Shown here piece after piece: positions 1-7,901 of a stretch of 64,000 nt of DNA. Origin of the DNA: Thalia democratica (lineage: Eukaryota); NCBI GenBank assembly GCA_965202585.1, contig OZ241831.1:50158001-50222000 (forward strand), in the 5' to 3' direction. The translations under genes and the position numbers were made by a program. The notes under the pieces are model-generated. The model was not told where the DNA came from. It did not search any database and saw nothing but the letters and a program-made list of their open reading frames with translations. How positions within the stretch are numbered: the first letter of the stretch is position 1; each line of letters begins with the position of its first letter.

Positions 1-88
1 ACAGTTAGATTAATGCTTAAAGCTTTGTTTTTCTAAAAAAACAGCAAAAACAGATTAACAAGTAAAGTTTCACTCTACTACCTAAATG

Positions 89-530
89 GGGTGGGTGTCA
101 CTTTTGCACGAGCGTCACTTTTGCACGAAGGGTCACTTTTGCACGAGGGGACACTTTTGCACGGCGACTCTTTTGCACGAGCGTCACTTTAGCATGAGGG
201 GACACTTTTGCACGGCGTCACTTTTGCACGCAGGGTCACTTTTGCACGAGGGGACACTTTTGCACGGCGACTCTTTTGCACGACTGTCACTTTTGCACAA
301 GGGGACAATTTTGCACGGCGACACTTTTGCACGGAGGGTCACTTTTGCACGATGTGACATTTTTGCACGGCGTGACTTTTGCACGAGGAGACACTTTTGC
401 ACGGCAAATTTTCTTTACGATGACAATTTTCTACAGCAGCATTGTTGCACAACGTCACATTTTTACGATGAAATTTTTGCACAGCGACATTTTGGCAAGA
501 TGAATTTTTTGTACGGAAAATCAATTTTGC
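89..530 (+). repeat. Left modular TIR minisatellite (TTTTGCACG core)
   Basis: Tandem 16-19-bp units, degenerating toward the element interior. Confidence 0.9.
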
Positions 531-1828
531 ATTCAGGCCGATTAAAAGTTGTTTAGCTATTACCAAGTCTGTAACATAAAAAGAAACTGAAAACCAAAAT
601 TTTATAATACACCTATATTAAAGGCAAAAATGAAAGATCTAAAACCTTAAACATTAAATGTTAATGTTAGAAACAAACTAACGAAAAGATAACATAAAAT
701 TATTTATAAAAGATTCATACCAGGGACAATAAAATTATTTTATTTAGAAACTAGGATAAAAATATATTAAGTGTAGGTAAGTTGTTCTAGTTTATTTTAA
801 GTTTTAATATATTAATCAACAACGAGGCCTTTTTATATATTTTACAAATTTATTGTTCATATGATGAACCTAGGCATCAAAACCTAGACCACTTAAACTG
901 GAAGACACATAAAGAAAAAATGAAAAAACACATACAATTTATTAATTAAAACAAAAACAAAAACATAATTTGATATAAAATTTATAGGTTATCATAAAAA
1001 GCAAAATTTTAACCACTAACTTATATTTATTTACGCTTTGATGTAGAACGATCAACATCAAGTATTTAAATGCATTGACTAACAACAAAAATAAAAACCT
1101 AACGCTCCAAGGACATTAACGTTAGGCTCTCATTGGCTTATTTCCTGATCATGGAATGCTGGTTTAAGCATCTCTTGATGCTTGTGATGAACATAAGTTC
1201 AATCTTCCAAATTTTACTCTCCCATTAACTTATCATGATCATGCAACATTATTGTAACGAAATAATCTAAGTTTAAATAATGAAAATGCGCTATTTTATT
1301 GTTTTTTTTATTCTCACGCTAAATTATAAAATAAAAATAAACATCAGGTGAAATCTGAAATAACTTTACACTTCATAAACTAACTAAATCTATATTTTTA
1401 ATTTAACAATTCTTTGAAATAAAAATAACTTTAAAATATATTTTTTAGCAGCTATATAATGCTATTTACAACATCAAGAGAAAATAAGTAAAAATAATAC
1501 TCAAAATTCGTGTTCTAAAGCATTACTAAATTAAGTTTATTTTTCTGTTTAAAAAGTAACAAAATTCAGATTATTTTGATTTAATGTATTTAAAGTTGTT
1601 TTTATTCAAAATTAAAATTATGTATTCAACTAGTTTATTTAAATTAAGCTAATAAATATAAATTAATGAATTGTGGTACGTTGTTACATTGTTCTACGTA
1701 AAAATTCAAATAAAAACTTTACAATAATATTTCATTAAAAAAGTACCACATTTTATTTAATCAAAACAACTTGCGTTTAAAAGCAAAGATTATTTAAGTT
1801 TAAAAGAAAAAAAAACTATTCAAAAAAA

Positions 1829-2269
1829 ATGTCGCCGTGCAAAAGTGTCACATCGTGCAAAAGTGACCCTCTGTGCAAAAGTGTCGCCATGCAAAAGTGT
1901 CCCCTCGTGCAAAAGTGACAGTCGTGCAAAAGAGTCGCCGTGCAAAAGTGTCCCCTCGTGCAAAAGTGACAGTCGTGCAAAAGAGTCGCCGTGCAAAAGT
2001 GTCCCCTCGTGCAAAAGTGACAGTCGTGCAAAAGAGTCGCCGTGCAAAAGTGTCCCCTCGTGCAAAAGTGACCCTGCGTGCAAAAGTGACGCCGTGAAAA
2101 AGTGTCCCCTCGTGCTAAAGTGACGCTCGTGCAAAAGAGTCGCCGTGCAAAAGTGTCCCCTCGTGCAAAAGTGACCCTTCGTGCAAAAGTGACCCTCGTG
2201 CAAAAGTGTCCCCTCGTGCAAAAGTGTCTTCGTGCAAAAGTGACGCTCGTGCAAAAGTGACCCGTTCCC
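1829..2269 (-). repeat. Right modular TIR minisatellite (CGTGCAAAA core, 51-bp trimer period)
   Basis: Reverse complement of the left array; GTGACA recurs at 1915 and 1966 (51-bp period). Confidence 0.9.
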
Positions 2270-2876
2270 ACCTAAATGATCTAAAAACTGAAGAGTTTTT
2301 GGTAAATATGTTGCTCTACATTAAAAAAAAAAGTATACAAATATATTTTCATCTGTTACAGTATAATTTAAAAGAATAAAACTTATAAAACTTAAGCGTC
2401 CTGGACAACACGTTAGACTGTATCCAAGTAGTGTGCGACTCGATAACCGAGTGTTTTTTGTTCACCAGGTCAAAGGACTAAATATTTTAACACTTTCTTT
2501 GTCGTTTAATGAACTCTAAACATTAACATACTAAATAATTTTTTAGTTGATTTTAAAACATACATCGTAGTAAAAACAAATATGGACATTTTTGCTAAAA
2601 AGTACATATAATTTTAAAGTGTTATTATCTAAAATTTTGTTAAGAAAAAAAAAAAAAAAAAACAAGCTTATTAAAAAAAAATTTTTTTGAATAAACACTT
2701 ATTTTTTCAAGAAGAACAGTAAAAATTACACCAAAGCTGTTTTTGACAGTTACTGAAGTTTTATAAAAAACGTACTTTAGCTCTAACTATAGTTAAAAAG
2801 CAATATTTTTATTTTTTTTTTGTTTTTAATAAAACTTATAAACAACGTAGCAAACTCTATACAACAAAAGTGTAAA

Positions 2877-4039
2877 ATGAACGTCAAAGACAAACTAGAA
2901 GCTCTTCTCCTAATCGAGAGAACGGACACAATCCAAAACATCTTCAGATCCTCCACGAACGAGGCATAGAAGAACTGTACGAAACAATTGCAAAGTACTT
3001 CAAATTGGTGCTGAAAATTCACTCCGAAGTGCGAGCCGGCTCCGGAACGATGAAATTTTACCTGAAGAAGCTGATGCGCGAAGTCATGTCTTCCATGCTC
3101 GATTATTGCAACAAGATAAAATCTGTGAGGAGTTTCAGCGGGGTCGGCGTTACGTTCGGTTTCGAGCGGTTCCGAGTCAGCTTCGACTTCAGCGGCTGCA
3201 AGACTCTCATCTCGTCAGAAGATCTTCAAAAGATGCACGAGCTCACGAACAGCGTCGACTCAGTTGAAATGAGGTTCACCGAAGGGAGTTTCTTCGACAA
3301 AACGGCGTCCGGATTGGTTGAAATAGAGCGCGAGTGGGGCAGGCAACGGGCGTTCAAGAGGTACCTCGAGTCGCTGCTGATCCGGTGCGAGAAACTGAAC
3401 AACGTCAGAAAGCACCACGAAAAGTACATTGCCGAGCAGAAGAATTTCAAGCAGTTTTGCCGCGGCGTGGCGCTGAAGGAAGAGCACAATCGAATGCAGA
3501 AAGTCGCTTGGGAGTAGGTTTACAGGAAGGAGGGGGAAGCCAAGCTGGAGAACGTGTTCATCGGGTACTTTTCGTTTTTTCAAAAAATTTTCTTTGTGCA
3601 GAGCAGCTTGAGAGAAGAAGACAGGATCGCGCCCAATGGTTATTCTGTGAAGATCAACAACGAGTTGGACGCGGCTTCGGAAGCGTTTAAAAAGTTCAGT
3701 TCGGACAACGAGTTCTTTTTGAACAACGCCGCAATCAAGCCGAACTTTTTAGTGGACGAACTGCTAGGTTATGAGATAAACGCCGGCAACGTACGCAACT
3801 TTTTCAACCACCGTGTGGCGCACGTGAGCAACTATTCACCCGACTACGAGTTCGACGTTCGAAACATGGTCCGTTTCGTCAACGGGGAGAGCGGAATGAA
3901 GTCCATGGTGCCTTAGGTGCAGCGGGTGAGCAGGAAGCTCACTGCAGGTAATAACTGCAAAATTTGCTTGAGTGAAGCAGAACGGGAGTTGAACTTGCTG
4001 AACAGCAAATACGACTTTGAAAACATTAAGTTGAATTAA
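2877..4039 (+). pseudogene. Progenitor orphan gene (reconstructs to 387 aa, MNVKDKLEALLLIERTDTIQKHLQILHERG...DFENIKLN), three lesions
   Basis: ATG in AAAATG context at 2877; adding one A to the A4 run at 2935-2938 joins it to the frame of ORF 3005-3517; in-frame TAG at 3515-3517 (TGG in array units) and at 3914-3916 (GAG in array units); TAA at 4037-4039; intronless and far more GC-rich than the flanks. Confidence 0.8.
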
Positions 4040-4136
4040 AACAATAACTTTCAAAGTTTTTTTTATTTAATTAATAACTAAATTTCATCAATGATAAGCT
4101 AAGTAAGTATTTAGATTTTTGCAATAAGAACTTATC

Positions 4137-5248
4137 ATGCGCCAAGGTGGCCAAGTGCGCCAAGTCGCATTGTCTATTGATTTTATGTTGCTATAGAAAT
4201 TCATTAGAACTCATAAGAAATCAATGCGTTTCGACACTGTTTCGAGGTCGTATGTTCATCGTTTTCATAAACGCCTCTTGTTTTCTTATCGAAGTAGCTA
4301 TGCCGAAGCTAGTATATATACGCGTCAGTTCGGTTGGAAGTGTGAATTTGTGTGCAAAATTCCACAGAAAGAGAGCTCATATATTCGAAAAGAAGAGAAT
4401 TATGCAAATTTTCGGACACAATTTTTGAATGATTTTGAGTCTACACCTGAAAGAGTTAGTGAAATCGACTGCGCAGAAACGAGTTTCACCGAAGGGAGTT
4501 TCTTCGACAAAGCGGCGTCCGGATTGGTTGAAATAGAGCGGGAGTGGGGCAGGCAACGGGCGTTCAAGAGGTACCTCGAGTCGCTGCTGATCCAGTGCGA
4601 GAAACTGAACAACGTCAGAAAGCACCACGAAAAGTACATCGCCGAGCAAAAGAATTTCAAGCAACTTTGCCGCGGCGTGGCGCTGAAGGAAGAGCACAAT
4701 CGAATGCAGAAAGTCGCTTGGGAGTGGGTTTACAGGAAGGAGGGGAAGCCAAGCTGGAGAACGTGTTCATCGGGTACTTTTCGTTTTTTCAAAAAATTTT
4801 CTTTGTGCTGAGCAGCTTGAGAGAAGAAGACAGGATCGCGCCAAATGGTTATTCTGTGAAGATCAACAACGAGTTAGACGCGGCTTCGGAAGCGTTTAAA
4901 AAGTTCAGTTCGGACAACGAGTTCTTTTTAAACAACGCCGCCATCAAGCCGAACTTTTTAGTGGACGAACTGCTAGGTTATGAGATAAACGCCGGCAACG
5001 TACGCAACTTTTTCAACCACCGTGTGGCGAACGTGAGCAACTATTCGCCCGACTACGAGTTCGACGTTCGAAACATGGTCCGTTTCGTCAACGGGGAGAG
5101 CGGAATGAAGTCCATGGTGCCTGAGGTTCAGCGGGTGAGCAGGAAGATCGCTGCAGGTAACAACTGCAAAATTTGCTTGAGTGAAGCAGAACGAGAGTTG
5201 AATTTGCTGAACAACAAATATGATTTTGAAAACATTAAGTTGAATTAA
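4137..5248 (+). pseudogene. Array-type unit (1,209 bp), frameshifted
   Basis: 8-bp loss in the GCCAAG repeats, 1-bp loss near AAAATTCC and G5 to G4 at GAGGGGAAG relative to intact units. Confidence 0.8.
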
Positions 5249-5345
5249 AACAATAACTTTCAAAGTTTTTTTTATTTAATTAATAACTAAATTTCATCAA
5301 TGATAAGCTAAGTAAGTATTTAGATTTTTGCAATAAGAACTTATC

Positions 5346-5884
5346 ATGCGCCAAGGTGGCCAAGTGCGCCAAGTCGCCAAGTCGCATTGTCTATTGATTT
5401 TATGTTGCTATAGAAATTCATTAGAACTCATAAGAAATCAATGCGTTTCGACACTGTTTCGAGGTCGTATGTTCATAAACGCCTCTTGTTTTCTTATCGA
5501 AGTAGCTATGCCGAAGCTAGTATATATACGCGTCAGTTCGGTTGCAAGTGTGAATTTGTGTGCAAAAAGTCCAGAGAAAGAGAGCTCATATATTCGAAAA
5601 GAAGAGAATTATGCAAATTTTCGGACACAATTTTTTAATGATTTTGAGCCTACACCTGAAAGAGTTAGTGAAATCGACTGCGCAGAAACGAGTTTCATCG
5701 AAGGGAGTTTCTTCGACAAAGCGGCGTCCGGATTGGTTGAAATAGAGCGGGAATGGGGCAGGCGACGGGCGTTCAAGAGGTACCTCGAGTCGCTGCTGAT
5801 CCGGTGCGAGAAACTGAGCAACGTCAGAAAGCACCACGAAAAGTACATCGCCGAGCAGAAGAATTTCAAGCAATTTTGCCGCGG
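5346..5884 (+). pseudogene. Array-type unit truncated at 5884
   Basis: Matches array units (with a 9-bp in-frame deletion, MFINASC) up to TTTTGCCGCGG, then switches to unrelated AT-rich DNA. Confidence 0.8.
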
Positions 5885-6863
5885 TGTAATTGTATGGGCA
5901 ATATAATATGGGCAATTATTAATATGGGCAATATAAACTAAAAAACTAAACAAAGTAAGAGAAAAAGAACGTTGTTTAAACTTGAAAAAAGTTATTTAGA
6001 ACAAAGAAAAAAGTGTAAGGGCTTTTATTAAAATATTTAAACTCTATATATAAGTTATAATATTTTAAAACGCTTAAAACTATATTTTTCTTTACTGAAA
6101 GTGTCTAGTTAATAATAACTAATTAATAAAAAAAAGATTGTACAAACCAAACAAATATGATCATAAGTGTTGTTTTCCAAAACCTAGCCATTAGGTCACA
6201 ATATAGTTTAACCTAACAAAAATTTGTTACCTTAAAAAATACTGTATTAAGTTACTAAAACAAAATAAAAAAAAATTCAAAAACACTAACTTGTTACTTA
6301 AAAAAGTAATAAATGTACTATGCGAAAAACAAGTATTTAAACTGTAAACTTTTTCTATTTTATTTAATAATAATGCAGGCAAAACTTAAAAAGTATTATT
6401 AATATCAAATACCAAAGTACAACTGTATGGTTTCAAGATTCATAATTAAAAAGTAAAACTGAACAGCTTTTAAGAATGAGTAGGCTGAAGCAGTAAGTTT
6501 TTTAATTAGTTACTACCAAATGATGAATTTCATTGTTTTGAAAACGAGATAAATCAGTAATAAATCAGTACTTCAATAACTTTTGAAACCATAAACCATT
6601 TTTCTAATAATTATCAATATTTTACCCAAATAAATACACCTTACCTAAGCGTGTAACAAATAAAGATAAATACAATAATTTAATATTTCAATAGTCAAAA
6701 TAAACAGTAATTAATATAAAACTAATTAAATATCATTAAAAATGTGTACGTAAGTAAGTACGTATAAATACATAAGTCATATAATTCTTTTAAAACTAAA
6801 TTATACAAGTTTTATGTATGTACAAACAAGTAATGAAAAAAAATTGAAGGTAAAATTTTGACT

Positions 6864-7510
6864 CTCTTGAGGTAGCCTAGTAAAATATTTTCAAGAGCAA
6901 CATTTGAGCATCATACGCGTATGCTTGATGTTACACTAGTAAGAGAGACGCTTTTGTGCGTTCGGTCGACTTGAAGCTTAGGGATTTTATAATGTGAAGG
7001 CTTGTATGCATTTAACGAAGAAATCCCTGGACGTCGAGACGGGTAGGCGTCAAGTCGTCGAGGCGGGTTGGTTGGTGGCAGAGATTCGTTATAGCTTGAG
7101 TCGACTGGCCGTCGACTTAAGCTGCCATCGAAAGGCCGTTAAATCGGCCAAAGGTCGTATAGCAGACCTGATTGAATGAGTAAGGAGGGAAATTAGAGCG
7201 AGAGAAGGCAAGTACCGTCCAAAAGCAGCCATAGAAGCCGGCTCTCGCAAGCAGTAAGCTCTGACATGATTCAGCCCAGTTAAAAGTACGTTTGAGTGCA
7301 TATATATGAATGATTGAACCTGTGCATTTGTAAAGGTGAAGCTTCAACCGGGCGACTGAAGCAGGGAAGGCGAGTTAGAAGAAAGTGCACAGGCGAAAGG
7401 CGAAGCACTCAAAATGTGACAGGCAGAGAAGCGGCTGCATCTCACAGTCGCTTTCACGTTCAGAGGTAAAATAAAGCAAAGTATTTTGTGAGGGAAGCAG
7501 AAGCTTTGAG
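6864..7510 (+). ncRNA. Candidate large structured RNA (or ssDNA structure) of unknown family
   Basis: GC-rich island with at least 11 mutually nested helices, e.g. TTTGAGTGC 7291-7299/GCACTCAAA 7405-7413, CCTGTGCATTT 7319-7329/AAGTGCACAGG 7383-7393, CTTGAGTCGAC 7095-7105/GTCGACTTAAG 7111-7121; the imperfect pairs are G-T on the + strand; no credible ORF. Confidence 0.5.
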
Positions 7511-7594
7511 AAAATAATTTAAAAACATGGGAGGGCCTGTTTTTTCGAAAAGTTGTCGGATGCAATTTTCGAATGGAAAGTGTAGGAATGGTGG

Positions 7595-7708
7595 AATATG
7601 GAAAGAAAAGATTGAAAAAAAATTCAGCAAAAAAGGCTCCGATTTCGCCCGCGGGCGAAATCGGAGCCTTTTTTGCTGAATTTTTTTTCAATCTTTTCTT
7701 TCCATATT
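7595..7708. repeat. Perfect 114-bp palindrome with no loop
   Basis: Arms checked as exact complements about the centre CGCCCG|CGGGCG (7651/7652), including the homopolymer lengths (A8/T8, A6/T6). Confidence 0.95.
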
Positions 7709-7901
7709 TTTTATAAAGACGCTCGTCGAAAGATGAGCGTCTTTTTTTTTGCTCAATTTTTTTTCAATCTTTTCTATTCATATTTTTTCAAAGACGCTCG
7801 TCGAAAGATGAGCGTCTTTTTTTTTTGCTCAATTTTTTTTCAATCTTTTCTTTCCATAATTTTTCAAAGACGCTCGTCGAAAGATGAGCGTCTTTTTTTT
7901 T
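7669..7901 (+). terminator. Three tandem 75-76-bp units, each ending in hairpin AAAGACGCTCGTC-GAAA-GATGAGCGTCTTT plus T9-10 (terminator-like)
   Basis: Hairpins at 7715-7744, 7790-7819 and 7866-7895; GNRA loop, one G-T pair, T-tract 3' of the stem; terminator function is inferred only. Confidence 0.45.

Larger units (their letters stand above)
89..2269. mobile_element. Foldback-like (MULE-superfamily) non-autonomous DNA transposon, complete copy 1
   Basis: Long inverted termini (89-~530 and ~1829-2269) built of 16-19-bp GTCACTTTTGCACG-type subrepeats; both ends read GGG inward; identical 9-bp flanks ACCTAAATG at 80-88 and 2270-2278; AT-rich 1.3-kb interior without transposase ORF. Confidence 0.85.
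1..5345 (+). repeat. Segmental duplication, near-identical to 31339-36683 (1-2183 also matches 19330-21511)
   Basis: Identical ORF sets at offsets +31338 and +19329; a few SNPs are private to this copy (CATCAAGT vs CATAAAGT near 1067; AAAATTATG vs AAAAATATG near 1618; FQKIFF vs FRKIFF). Confidence 0.95.

Noticed and set aside
1080-1260. Captured gene fragment (Pack-MULE) inside the Foldback element
   Set aside because: Mildly GC-enriched, but the best frame has three stops and no recognisable protein
86-2271. ORFs rich in HFCT/TLLH/RAKV/CKS (also at 19.4-21.6 kb and 31.4-33.6 kb)
   Set aside because: They are translations of the TIR minisatellite, open in several frames on both strands, and not genes
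4040-4070. Poxvirus early terminator TTTTTNT, and TAAAATG at the progenitor start (2873-2879), as proof of viral origin
   Set aside because: Both motifs are very common in AT-rich DNA, and AAAATG is a usual invertebrate start context
7030-7065. Similarity of GCGTCAAGTCGTC to 16S rRNA GACGTCAAGTCATC
   Set aside because: Too short, and the flanks do not continue rRNA consensus
6956-7510. Group II intron (GTGCG at 6956)
   Set aside because: No recognisable domain V (AGC triad, GNRA, AC bulge), no domain VI, and no maturase; a truncated derivative is not excluded
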